A stretch of DNA of 64,000 bases from Octopus bimaculoides (lineage: Eukaryota): assembly GCF_001194135.2 (NCBI RefSeq), contig NC_068981.1:144780236-144844235 (forward strand), written 5' to 3'. The notes under the pieces were generated by a model. It was not told the DNA's origin. It saw only the letters and a list, made by a program, of their open reading frames with translations, and did no database searches. Positions 10,723-24,337 of this stretch are shown here, one piece after another. Within the stretch, counting starts at the first letter, position 1, and each line of letters begins with the position of its first letter. Position numbers and translations under genes: made by a program.

Positions 10723-12767
10723 ATATATATACATGCACACATACACACACACACATATATATGTATACACACACACACACACACACANNNNNNNNNNNNN
10801 NNNNNNNNNNNNNNNNNNNNNNNNNNNNNNNNNNNNNNNNNNNNNNNNNNNNNNNNNNNNNNNNNNNNNNNNNNNNNNNNNNNNNNNNNNNNNNNNNNNN
10901 NNNNNNNNNNNNNNNNNNNNNNNNNNNNNNNNNNNNNNNNNNNNNNNNNNNNNNNNNNNNNNNNNNNNNNNNNNNNNNNNNNNNNNNNNNNNNNNNNNNN
11001 NNNNNNNNNNNNNNNNNNNNNNNNNNNNNNNNNNNNNNNNNNNNNNNNNNNNNNNNNNNNNNNNNNNNNNNNNNNNNNNNNNNNNNNNNNNNNNNNNNNN
11101 NNNNNNNNNNNNNNNNNNNNNNNNNNNNNNNNNNNNNNNNNNNNNNNNNNNNNNNNNNNNNNNNNNNNNNNNNNNNNNNNNNNNNNNNNNNNNNNNNNNN
11201 NNNNNNNNNNNNNNNNNNNNNNNNNNNNATATATATATATATACGCGTATGTCTGTTTGTGTGTGCTACGACTCTCTCTTTCCTTTTTTTCCCGTATATT
11301 AGCGGTTTGGAAAAGATGAAAGGATGATAGAATAAATACCAAATTTAAAATAGATACCGGCTGGGGCTGTCGATTCAGTCAACTAAATATTTCAAGGCTG
11401 TAACCCAATGACCGAAACAAGTATAAGAATAATAGATTTCTTTCGTACTCACTTTCAAATATTTCTAGTCTTTTTTTAAACAAAGCGTTCCGCACTGAAC
11501 AAAAAACAATTTTTTAAACAGTTTCCCAGTTATTACAAAGTAGGCAAGTGCGCTAAATTAACTTATTGAAAGTTAATTAAAATTGAAGCTTACTTATTAA
11601 CATTAATAACTTATCAAAAACATAAAAAACTGAAACCGAAATGTTGATTGTAATTATTTTCGTATAAAAAGAAATATAAAAAAGTAATGCAGTTAAAGGT
11701 TAGTCTTGTCATCAGTATCAATCATTTTGCTATGTTGCGCCGATTCATCTGTAAAACCGTACTTTTTGGTATTTGTGTAATGCACCAGCACAGGCTGTGT
11801 GTTTTCACCTACCTCTTCGTTTTAAATACCATACATATAATTTCATACTGTACCTCTTTGATAGACAAGGATATATGATCATGAAAATCCTATTTTGTGA
11901 TGAAGATATACTTATTTATGGCTATTTTTTCGTTGCTCTGTAAAGGACTATGTAGGGTCCATCTGTTGTCACACCCTCTCAGGCAGATATTTTTCTGTTT
12001 CTGATCATATTAATAGGCTGCTTGTTTAAGGGAGCACTAGTAATTGTAAGAAGGATGGAAACATTTTCTATACACCTCAGCCCGATGTCTCCATTCATTT
12101 AGATCTCTAGACCTCTACAACATCGTTATCGTTATTCACGTCATTGAAATTGTTCAAAATAATATTTCAATGTTGTCAGAAAAATGAATATTTGTTTCTC
12201 GTTGTGAAAAATAGTAGTCAGCTAACGGAAAGAAAAAGAATGTGCTTGTCGTTTCGTTAGTTTTCGGTTTTCCGTCTTTAAATACTTGTTTTCTTTAAGT
12301 GTTCTTTTTTTCCTTTTTGTAGAAGTATTTTTANNNNNNNNNNNNNNNNNNNNNNNNNNNNNNNNNNNNNNNNNNNNNNNNNNNNNNNNNNNNNNNNNNN
12401 NNNNNNNNNNNNNNNNNNNNNNNNNNNNNNNNNNNNNNNNNNNNNNNNNNNNNNNNNNNNNNNNNNNNNNNNNNNNNNNNNNNNNNNNNNNNNNNNNNNN
12501 NNNNNNNNNNNNNNNNNNNNNNNNNNNNNNNNNNNNNNNNNNNNNNNNNNNNNNNNNNNNNNNNNNNNNNNNNNNNNNNNNNNNNNNNNNNNNNNNNNNN
12601 NNNNNNNNNNNNNNNNNNNNNNNNNNNNNNNNNNNNNNNNNNNNNNNNNNNNNNNNNNNNNNNNNNNNNNNNNNNNNNNNNNNNNNNNNNNNNNNNNNNN
12701 NNNNNNNNNACGGGAAAAATACTGCTAAGAATTTTGACCAGCGTGCTAACGATTCTGCTAGCTCACA

Positions 12768-12807
<40 letters not shown>

Positions 12808-13020
12808 CCTTTCTACTATAGTGACATGGCCTGAAATTTTGGGAGAGAAGTTAAGTCGGTTACATCGACCCTAGTACTCAACCAGTACTTAATTTATCGA
12901 CCCCGAAAGAATGAAAGGCAAAGGCGACCTCGGCGGAATTTGAACTCAAAGCGTAGCGAAGGGCGAAATACCACTAAGCACATCTACCGGCATGCTAATG
13001 TTTCGGCCAGCTCGTTGCCT
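12808..13020 (-). mobile_element. SINE family B, full length, flanked by (AAT)n and (AAC)n
   Basis: cctttctactatagtgacatggcctgaaatttt ... gccagctcgttgcct. Confidence 0.9.
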
Positions 13021-13024
13021 TAAT

Positions 13025-13056
<32 letters not shown>

Positions 13057-13828
13057 CTAGCGGGACCCGTCAATATTCCACGAAATTAATAGAAAACTTT
13101 ATCCCCAAAACCTGAGAGCGTAGACTGTCTTGTGTCAGTATCAAATGATAGTCGCTCATCTGCTATTCATTCAAATGTGAAAGAAACTGGAATACGATGA
13201 TTACTTAATGCACTTTATATATATANNNNNNNNNNNNNNNNNNNNNNNNNNNNNNNNNNNNNNNNNNNNNNNNNNNNNNNNNNNNNNNNNNNNNNNNNNN
13301 NNNNNNNNNNNNNNNNNNNNNNNNNNNNNNNNNNNNNNNNNNNNNNNNNNNNNNNNNNNNNNNNNNNNNNNNNNNNNNNNNNNNNNNNNNNNNNNNNNNN
13401 NNNNNNNNNNNNNNNNNNNNNNNNNNNNNNNNNNNNNNNNNNNNNNNNNNNNNNNNNNNNNNNNNNNNNNNNNNNNNNNNNNNNNNNNNNNNNNNNNNNN
13501 NNNNNNNNNNNNNNNNNNNNNNNNNNNNNNNNNNNNNNNNNNNNNNNNNNNNNNNNNNNNNNNNNNNNNNNNNNNNNNNNNNNNNNNNNNNNNNNNNNNN
13601 NNNNNNNNNNNNNNNNNNNNNNNNNNNNNNNNNNNNNNNNNNNNNNNNNNNNNNNNNNNNNNNNNNNNNNNNNNNNNNNNNNNNNNNNNNNNNNNNNNNN
13701 NNNNNNNNNNNNNNNNNNNNNNNNNNNNNNNNNNNNNNNNNNNNNNNNNNNNNNNNNNNNNNNNNNNNNNNNNNNNNNNNNNNNNNNNNNNNNNNNNNNN
13801 NNNNNNNNNNNNNNNNNNNNNNNNNNNN

Positions 13829-13890
<62 letters not shown>

Positions 13891-14575
13891 TTTTTTATCT
13901 CACCATCAGAACATCACCCCTCTGCTAAAATTATATTTCCAGCCCTCCTCTATATCACTATTCAACTAACTTTTTAACCACATAATAAATATTACGTTCC
14001 CCTACCATTTCTCTCTCTGTCTTTTCCCTCCCCCTTCTTTTCTTTCTCCCACTTTTTCTCTAATCCCATGAAAGCGTTACCGACAAGCTAAGTAACGTAA
14101 TGACAAGCAGAATTATTATAATATAGATACAATAATGATAATACATATTTCCTGACACAATGAGCAAATTTTTTACTAATACCATAAATAAGATACCAAA
14201 GACTGCATACTTTCTAATGATTGATTTCAAGAGGAAATGTGAAGAAGCGAATGTTATTTTTTGAAAAGTACCAATGCGTATTATTCTCATCGATCAATAC
14301 ATCACAATTTTTTACCCAATACATTATATTGATCACTGCGTTCTCTTATCAACAATACAGTATCGTTGTTAAATGTCATATTAGACTGACAAAAAATATC
14401 CACGAAACTATTTGCATGTCTTATTAATCTTGTTCAAGAAACAGGAACGATAATCTATAATTTTCTTTGTAACTTTGAGGCTGAAGCAAAACCTGAACAA
14501 TGATTTCATAATACTTACTAACTTTGTCCCGAAACCATAGATGCTAGGGTTGCTGTGTACTAAAGTACATTCTTC

Positions 14576-14700
<125 letters not shown>

Positions 14701-15389
14701 CTCTTTGTTTCCGAAACGGCTACGTTGCACCTGAGAATGTCACTGGGAAACTACGTATAATGTCGTTTTCTCAAAGAAGGGAGATGACGTGAGTGAGAAT
14801 CCTGCAATCTCTTCTCATAGCCCCCACCCCCCAAAAAAAATTTTAAAAATAAAAATAAAAACAGACAAATATCCAACAGGAAAAGTATAAAGATCGATGA
14901 ATATGCTCTTCAGTACGAAACAGAATTAAATAAATAAAAGAAGCAAGGTTTTATCTTTACATATGCGTAAACTTTTTCTGTACTTTACGGACTAGACCGC
15001 ATTAATGAAACCAGAGTGTTATCTATATTATAGTAATTTCCCAAGTGTCTCAGAGGGTTTCCATGCACTAAGTATATATTGCACAACCTACCAGCCCCGT
15101 AGTTAATATTGTTTGTTTATATTTTAAATATCAATAGATTTTATATGTTGTACAGAAAAATAAGTAAAATGATTTAAATCAGATACTTTGCGGCGTTTTA
15201 AAATATGTTTAATATCTATATACTAAGAGAAAAGCTAAATGGAACGTCTGGAAATATCGAAATTCAAATATTATTTATTTTTATGGCCCTAAGTTTCTGT
15301 ATAATCCATATAATTATATTTACCATACATAAAAGTAAAATGAATAATTTTTGTACAAGTTTATATGTAGATCTGCACGAGAGAGAGGG

Positions 15390-15431
<42 letters not shown>

Positions 15432-15805
15432 GTGCACTGGATTTTGAGTTCAATCTGTTGCTGGTTTCTTATTAATATTTTTAGATCATTCATGAATAAT
15501 TTCTAAATTATTGTTAGTTCTAATAGTATTAGGGCTCATAGGATAAGGGGTCATCACATTAAATGATAATTATTTGTAAAAGGAAAGACTAGGAAAGCAA
15601 TGTAGTTATCTTATATATTTTTAATGACTTACTTAGAGGAGAAAGGGATGAGCAGATGCCCCATTTTCGGGCATTCATGTTCCAGATGCTAGTAAAGAAG
15701 TTGAGTCCATTACAAGCACTCACAGTCCAAGTGGTAGTGTTAGAACGGATATTGTATACGACATAGCTTCTGTCATTAGATTTCATGAAGACATGGCTCA
15801 ACCCG

Positions 15806-15880
15806 AAGCTACGGCAGAATGTATTTGCCCAACGTGTCGAAGATCTCAATAGCACCACAGAGGAGATCTTAACAGCATCC
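15806..15880 (+). mobile_element. Possible CR1/L2-type LINE ORF2 C-terminal remnant
   Basis: KLRQNVFAQRVEDLNSTTEEILTAS resembles the CR1-type C-terminal motif R..FFS.RVV..WNSLPEEVV.A.S. An overlapping open frame offers an alternative exon reading (see findings). Confidence 0.4.
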
Positions 15881-16178
15881 ATCCACCTATACATACATAA
15901 ATCCATACATATATCTAGATGTACACGCAGATTTATTTGTTTATGTTTGTATGTGTCCGTGTGTCTTTGTGTGCGTGCATGTATGTATATATATATACAT
16001 ATATGTGTATATGTACGTATGTGTGTGGCGTTATTATTTTCTGTAATAATGCCCTTTATATAAATATAAACGAATAATTATATTCTTGGGAATATAAATT
16101 TCCCTTATGAAATTTTTTTACACACTGGCTTCTTGATAAAATTCTTGTAAAAGAGTTTTATCCCTTTTTGAATTTATA

Positions 16179-16209
<31 letters not shown>

Positions 16210-16262
16210 GAGTAACAAAGAGCTGTATTTGAAAACAAATCTTGGGAATCCCATTATTACTC

Positions 16263-17331
16263 CTATTCAATGAGTCCACCGTCAATACCAATGGCTGCTT
16301 CAATACGGGGTCGAAAGCATCGATAGGATCTTTCGCAATTTTGAACATAGTGCCAGTTATGGTGGACTTGAGAGATTGTACGGTGTTATGACATTGTTGA
16401 TTGAACTCTCTCTGGATTACGCCCCATACTCAATAGTCTAGTGAATCGAGGTGAGCTAGGAGACCTTGTGTCTGGGAGAAAATCATCATGGGGATTGGCA
16501 CGCATCCACGCTCCGGTTTTCCTAGCCTTCTGGGGCAGCACAGAGTCTTGTTGAATGGTGTACTTTTTTACGTTGCTTACTCTGTCTATCCAGGGCCTCA
16601 TAACTTCCTTTAACACTTCTGTGTAGACAACGTCATTGACTCTTAAGCCCTGAGAAAAAATATAAGAAGGCATGACATCTCCCTAGTTGTTGTCAACAAC
16701 AACAAGGGATGACCATTGTAACCTAATTCAGGTTTCTGTATAACCATCTGCCGTTCCTTCGGTTTACCTTTTGCTTCTGATTGAAGTTTTTATCATCGGA
16801 AAATAACCAAAGCATGCCAGCCTTTTGGTGTTGTACCTTGTTTACCTAGTGCTTTGTACTGATTCTCTCTCTAGCCACACCCGATTCTTTCTTGTTTCAT
16901 CCAACATAACCTGACCCCTCCACCTAGTATACCGCTTGTACTGGACATTCGCATGCACAATTCTTCTGATAGTGCATTTCGAATCCTTGAGGCCCTTTGT
17001 AATAGCTCTAATTGACTTTCCGAAGTATTATTCAGTATTTCTTGAACATTTTGCATAAAGTCATGTGTTTTGAATACATTTGGAGCCTATGCATGCGTTT
17101 TGCGTTTAGTGACTGATGATCACCCGTCAGGAGCTTCCAACTCTTCTCGAACTTTGACAACGAAGGATCAGGAAACTCTCAGGAAGCGAGCTATCTCTGT
17201 ATCACTATGCTGGTCTTTTAAGGCAGCTATCATGATGTGCCTTTTCATTTGCTGAAACATTATTTAAGTGAGGTAAAAAAAAATTAGAAGAGCTCTTGAG
17301 AGAGGTATCCTCGAAATACTAGCACACCCTG
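16263..17331 (-). mobile_element. Decayed, nearly full-length Tc1/mariner transposon (DD37D/maT-like transposase pseudogene, ~16263-17248)
   Basis: Minus-strand frames give MKRHIMIAALK..HSDTEIARFLRV, LWLFSDDKNFNQKQKVNRRN, MPSYIFSQGLRVN..YTEVLKEVMRPWIDRV, QQDSVLPQKARKT, SPSSP..DY*VWG and RIEAAIGIDGGLIE*, with stops and frameshifts. The 5' end CAGGGTGTGC at 17331 lies next to (TA)n; a 3' TIR was not found. Confidence 0.9.
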
Positions 17332-17332
17332 C

Positions 17333-17427
<95 letters not shown>

Positions 17428-18896
17428 TGTGTGTGTGCGTGTGTGTCTGTGTGTGTGAGCATGCAGGGGAGCGTTGCGCGTGCGCGCATGTGTATGTGTG
17501 CGCAAGAGTACGTGCATGTGCGTGTGTGTGTGTCCGTGCGTGCGTTTGTGTCTCACTGACAAGACTTAAGGCTGCACCTTGGAAAAGATTTGCAGTACGA
17601 TTGGTGAAGGAAAGAATTGATCAAAACCACAATTTATGGGTTAGTATTTTGAAACTAGAGACGCTCAGACAAAATATAAATACAAGTGTTTCCTATGGTC
17701 AAAACGTTTGGCTTACGAAACACATTTGCTCAATAATCAATATGTGCACACACTCATATTCGTAAATACATACATTCATACATACATACATACATACATA
17801 CATACATACATACATACATACATACATACATACATACATACATACATACATCCCCCCACACACACACACACATATATATATATAATTAGAGATTTTGTTT
17901 TCCATAAATGGGTTCCTTTTATTTTTTTATGGTTACTCAAGAATTTCTAGGCATTGATTCCTAAGCACACACAAACATAAATACACACGCACACACGCTC
18001 ACACACACATACACACGCACACACACGCACGCTCACATACATACTCGTGAGTAACGCATAAAAAATACTGAAAATCTCTTACACATTTCTAAATCACTGT
18101 ATTTTTTAAACACTTTTTTTTTTCTGTCTGTCTTAAAAGGTTTTATAATTTTCTATCAAGGTGATACCATAAACAGAACAGTTCTGTAAATTGAAATACA
18201 TTTATACTAAGACAGAATAATAACTTTTACAATTGTAATTACCTTGCTCTGGCTAAACTGAAGTATAAGTGGTGACTATTTTTACCCTGGGAAACTGAAT
18301 TATACATTAAAATATTCATTGCTTTTAAGATTCACAACAACAGAAGTTTTAAACATTTTTCTTTTTTAGCCAGTAGCCTTATAATCTATTTGTGAATCAA
18401 TATGCTTTATATCTCCTCAATCGTTATATTTTGAACAATCCCCTTCACGGAGTTTATTCCTTTTTTGTCAAGCTTGATCTATTTAGATATCAGTTATCTA
18501 TATTTCAGACCAGTGACCTCTCGAAGCAGTTTGGTTAATCATCAACATGTCAACTGTCTTAGCCCTTCAACAAAAATCTGTTCATTTAGAATCAATATCA
18601 GGTACCTTAATGTAGCCATTCGACTTGCAAAAAATAGAAACCAAATCTCCATTGGATATAGCTACCGCATCTTAAGGAAAAAGACAAGACGTTGGATAAT
18701 GTGGTTCGAGATACTGTGTATGAAATATAAAGAAGGGGTGCTCATAACAAACAAGTGTTTTATCATGTTTTCTGAATGAGGGTCCACCTTGAAGTGCAAC
18801 AACAATTTGCATTGCGTTTTTATTTTTTGAACTTCTTAATTTTTTTCCATTTAAAAATTCAAAATTTATTGTGGATTTATAGTCTTCCAGAAGACC

Positions 18897-18985
18897 ACTA
18901 GAGAGAATAAGTTATTTAATATTTCACTAGAGAGAATCAGGTTTTTAATATTTCACTAGACAGAATCAGTTGTTTAATATTTCCA
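18897..18985. repeat. ~29-30-bp minisatellite, 3 copies
   Basis: actagagagaataagttatttaatatttc and two diverged copies. Confidence 0.8.
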
Positions 18986-21236
18986 CACATACGTGTGTAC
19001 GTGTGACTGGGGGNNNNNNNNNNNNNNNNNNNNNNNNNNNNNNNNNNNNNNNNNNNNNNNNNNNNNNNNNNNNNNNNNNNNNNNNNNNNNNNNNNNNNNN
19101 NNNNNNNNNNNNNNNNNNNNNNNNNNNNNNNNNNNNNNNNNNNNNNNNNNNNNNNNNNNNNNNNNNNNNNNNNNNNNNNNNNNNNNNNNNNNNNNNNNNN
19201 NNNNNNNNNNNNNNNNNNNNNNNNNNNNNNNNNNNNNNNNNNNNNNNNNNNNNNNNNNNNNNNNNNNNNNNNNNNNNNNNNNNNATATATATATATATAT
19301 CTTTATATATATATATATATCTTTATATATATCGGTGTGTCTTTGTATCTGTGTTTGATCTTCACGACCGCTTGCAAAAATTGTATTGGTTTACGACCCT
19401 GGAACCCAGCGGTCCAACAAAAAAGCAGATAGAATATATACCAGGCTTAAGAAGTATCGAGGTCGATTCGTTCGACTAAAGGCATTTTATCCTCCACTTC
19501 TTTCAGGTATTAGACTGTGGCCATGCTACAGCACCGCGTTGAAAATATTTTAGTCGCACAATTCAACCCCAATAGGCAAAAGTTTATTGCTTTTCCGTAT
19601 ACATATACGTGCACAGATATGCGTGCGCACACACACGCACACATACATCCACACAAGATCGCACACACACACACACAACCGCATATGTGGGTGTGTGAGT
19701 GTGTGCACATAGGTTTACACACGTTAATATATATGTAACTAAAGATATGAACACCGAGAAGACAATGACGAAATAGAAATTAAAGTTTGTTTGATGAAGT
19801 GCGTTCTTATATTTGATCTGCACTTTGCTACAAACACTCCCTTATAATTTGCAGCGAAACCGTGACCGGCTTCTTGGAGTGATAAGTAACACAGTATTTT
19901 TTGCTCATTCCTACAAAAATATGTAAAGATCTAATAATAATAATGTACGCGAAATAGTCATAACTCAGTATCGAACTTGCATCAGAGATACTATTAACCT
20001 TGAACATGCAGCTATTACTTTGCATACCGCGCACTTAATTATATTTATGCTTCCAATACCCTCGGCAAATATTTCATCAATTCTTTTTCTATTTCACTAA
20101 CTTTATCTTTTCATCTTTCTAATGATTTTTTTCTCTCTTATCTTTAAACTTTCACTTATATATTTATGTATTGATGTATTCTTTCATACGAGTTTATTCT
20201 TTCTGCAATGATCCCCTGATTCACTTCCTTTTCAGTTCTTTCTTCTTACAATTTTTCATGTTTTTTTTTTCCTATTGTACTTAGTCTTGCTTTAATATAT
20301 TTTCCCCGAAAGCTCTCATCATCCCAAATATATTCTCCAGATACCAACACAGCAAGTGTTGATATCTGCTTCTCGCGAATAAAATCTTCTCAAGGCCGTT
20401 TACGAAAACGAAAGTTTGTATGCATAATGTGTTGATATTATACACGTAGACATTGNNNNNNNNNNNNNNNNNNNNNNNNNNNNNNNNNNNNNNNNNNNNN
20501 NNNNNNNNNNNNNNNNNNNNNNNNNNNNNNNNNNNNNNNNNNNNNNNNNNNNNNNNNNNNNNNNNNNNNNNNNNNNNNNNNNNNNNNNNNNNNNNNNNNN
20601 NNNNNNNNNNNNNNNNNNNNNNNNNNNNNNNNNNNNNNNNNNNNNNNNNNNNNNNNNNNNNNNNNNNNNNNNNNNNNNNNNNNNNNNNNNNNNNNNNNNN
20701 NNNNNNNNNNNNNNNNNNNNNNNNNNNNNNNNNNNNNNNNNNNNNNNNNNNNNNNNNNNNNNNNNNNNNNNNNNNNNNNNNNNNNNNNNNNNNNNNNNNN
20801 NNNNNNNNNNNNNNNNNNNNNNNNNNNNNNNNNNNNNNNNNNNNNNNNNNNNNNNNNNNNNNNNNNNNNNNNNNNNNNNNNNNNNNNNNNNNNNNNNNNN
20901 GTTCACAAGCACGTATACAAATAGATAGATAGATAGATAAGCACAAATATATACATACATGAATTCATATGTAAATGCATGCATGAATATCGACATACAT
21001 ACATACATACATACATACATACATACATTGTTTGGATATTCTTATACTAAATTAAGATCTGCTTTTACTAAAGTACTCAACACATTTTGAAAAACAGCTG
21101 TAATTTTTTTAATTATAGTCTACCACGCGAATTTCAAATTATGTGTATGCGTGTGCGCGCGTCAGTGTGTACGTTAGTGTGTGAGTGTGCGTATATTTTT
21201 GTGTGTGCATATATTTATATATGTATATATATAGAG

Positions 21237-21301
<65 letters not shown>

Positions 21302-22314
21302 TGTTGGACTTGTAGAAGCGTGTATTCTGGTTGTGTTCTGTGAGTGATATGTACCAGCTAAATATAATAATCGATCAAGAATATTAAACTCTCGTTATAA
21401 TGAAATCATGTTCGGAGAACTCATGTTTTTCGTCTGCTGTCATGGAATATTGCGCCAGTTTTTCTGACTTAGCACAGGGTTGTAGAAAATCTATTTGCAT
21501 GCTATGTACAGGGTGGAGACCAGGATAAGTTGTGAGATAACAAAAATAGAAATCATCTGCAATGACATTTCGTAAGCGGTATTTTCCCAATACACATCCT
21601 GTTTATTATAAGACTCCTAAACTACTCTATAAGAAACGAACTATTTCTTTCAAGTACTCCGTCCTTCTTCCTAAATAAGTAGGCTTTTAATTCGCCGAAC
21701 TATTCCAATGCATTTCACTCAGTCCTAAGCCTGCTATTTTAAATCTTTGTAAATCATTTTCATATTCTCCCCTAATAAATACAAGAACATTTTCTCTTCG
21801 TGGTCAGTATATGCATGAATTAGTTGAACATTTCCTCAGTGAAGCCGATTTGCACTAATAATTTTGTTCGTGAAATATCCAGTTATAACCTGGCCGCTTT
21901 ATTGTTTTCAAATATAAGAATACACATTGAAAACTAAAAATAAAATCAGGTCAAAGTTGTTTAAAGTGTGTGTGTTAAATTCTGAGTTATTCAAAAGACT
22001 CGCTATTCGGTTTACAGAGCAAACCGCAGCAATTCACTATGTATTACACCAGAACTTGTGCGCTTTTCATGTGTTGTCATACGGTTTTTGCTGGTATTCC
22101 CTGATGAGGAGTTTTTTAGCAATGTATATTATATCCCGATTTCAAGGAACTGTAATGATCAAAAAAATGATGTAACTTTGAACCATAAAACTGTTACCTA
22201 TAATGATGATGGTAATACTTCGGCACCGAGAATTTGCGAATAATATGAGTAAATAATTTCGGACTTATTCAAACCGAAGGATAAATTTATTGTATTTTCT
22301 TTCATGTGTAATAT

Positions 22315-22640
22315 TGATAGGGTAAAGACCCCACTTCGATCATAAATGACCAGAAAGTTCCCTTCCGAGGCACAAGTCCGGGCGAGGTTGTTTATGGAAG
22401 ACCAGCAGTCGTCCATGCATACCAGCCTGCCCTTTCCACAAAACTGATGTTATCCAAGGGAAAGGCAAAGACTGATACAGCTTGGAACCGTGACGTCGCA
22501 ACTCATTTCTACAGCTAAATGAACTGGAGCAACGTGAAACAAAGTGTTCCAGAACAGAACGCACTGCCAAGTCCGAGAATCAAAGTTACTACCTCATGAT
22601 TGCGAATTCGACGCTCTAACCACTGAGTCATGCACCTTCG
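22315..22640 (-). mobile_element. SINE family D (tRNA head, ttgctccagt...agctgtagaaatgag core)
   Basis: Minus strand starts ggtgcatgactcagtggttagagcgtcgaattcgcaatcatgaggtagtaactttgattctcgga, a tRNA-like A/B-box head; a related copy lies at ~51640. Confidence 0.75.
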
Positions 22641-24053
22641 CAGTAATGTCGCACTTACAATGACTTATCGACAGAAACTGATGTTCAGTAAAATTAATAG
22701 ATTAGACCCTTAAGGGAAAGCACTCTCTGAAAGTAGTGTCAGCAATATAAATAAGTCGGCTCGTTCTCCAGATCATTCCAATCTTAGCGAAGCTGTTGAA
22801 TCTGCTTATTATGTTGATGACACACCACTTAATACATTTCAAGCATTTCCGAGTCGCCAGTAAACCCCAGTGGAATAATAAAACATGACCCCGCTAACTC
22901 ATATCGGCAAGTTATCGCCTCTACTTCTATTCCTAAGTTTCTACTATAATCAAGCTCATCTGTTATCAACGTTAGCTAAGTGAACTTTACAATTTTAGGG
23001 TTTAATCGATTTCATTTTTGTATACAGCAATCCCTCTCCATATCACAGTTCACTTATCGCGCACTCAGTACATCGTGGATTTTTCTGGCTAATATATGTA
23101 AATTTATATCGCGGGCTCTTCAGTATATACGGGTTTCAGCGGCCGATAGGTATTTGTATGTTTTAGATTTTAATTAATTCTGTGGGAGGTTTTATCACGT
23201 AATACCTGCGATAGTCGAGAGATTACGGTATTGTAAGGTTAAATAATTTTATAAAATACTTATTTGTACATCTTATGTAGTTATATGATATTTACATCAT
23301 TTTCTGCGTACAGTGTATATATTTTCAGAATCGTATCAGTCGTAATAGTAGTTCCTTATGTCAGTTAACTCAGACATTTAAGCAAATAAAGGAATACTTC
23401 ACTTCTGTTAGAGCGCTATGAGGGAGTTTGCTGCACTTTCACAATATGCTTGAGCTTAGGTAAATAGCCTTCAGTAGGGTTCTTCTGAAGACAAGCAGAT
23501 ATCAACACTTGCTGGGCGTAAGGAGGAAATATTTGGAATGATGAGAGCTTACACGATAAGATTCTACAGAAAGAGAAACAAAAATGCGGGCGTTGAAGAA
23601 TGGAAGAAGAGAATTGAAAGAGGCGGGTAAGAAAGGGAAGAAAAATAAATCAGAGAAAGCGAGATAATATCTTGTGCAAGAATAAATAATCAAATAAATA
23701 TATAAGGGAAGGAACAAATATAAGTGAATGGGGTAAAATTAGCAGGAATGAAAGAAGGAAAGAGAAAGAATGTATGAGAGATAAAGTCGTTGAAAGAGAA
23801 ATAGAACTGAAGTGTTTGTAATTGAAGTATGTAAAAATTAATACAAACGAGAACTGACTGCAATGTAGAAATAATAAAATAATGAGCTATTTATTATGCA
23901 ATAAGTCTAAGTTGGTGATGGAGTCCCTCACATGGATTCGATGCTCAGTTGTGAGTATTTGTAAGAAATTTGTTTTTATTTACATATTTTAGATGACAGA
24001 TCAGCGAAAATACTGTTATTTGTTACAAAGTGCCAATGGAGCTATAACTGGTT

Positions 24054-24131
<78 letters not shown>

Positions 24132-24185
24132 GTAAGCATATATGTGTGTATGTATTCACGTATACATAACATAGCATGAATGTGT

Positions 24186-24337
24186 TATTTCTTTACTACC
24201 CACAAGGGGCTACACACAGAAGGGACAAACAAGGACAGACAAACACGGATTAAGTCGATTATATCGACCCCAGTGCGTAACTGGTACTTATTTAATCGAC
24301 CCCGAAAGGATGAAAGGCAAAGTCGACCTTGGCGGAA
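24186..24337 (-). mobile_element. 5'-truncated SINE family B (alternative tail) with an 18-bp target-site duplication
   Basis: aacatagcatgaatgtgt at 24168-24185 and 24338-24355. Confidence 0.95.

Noticed and set aside
14718-14735. GYVAPE, kinase subdomain VIII-like
   Set aside because: An isolated hexapeptide beside a (CT)n run, with no other kinase motifs or splice sites.
17284-17765. ORFs rich in HT/CV/YI/SL/ER dipeptides and poly-N/I/L/K (many sites, e.g. 29524-30353, 46801-47197, 60313-60669)
   Set aside because: They are translations of microsatellites, not proteins.
22101-22130. Other CTGATGA/CTGACGA hits (22101, ~17113, ~29080, ~55632, ~62813)
   Set aside because: None is followed by a stem II hairpin and GAAA in the right spacing.
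22770-22862. Short frame containing YYVDDT (RT-like)
   Set aside because: No flanking RT motifs and the frame stops within about 12 codons.
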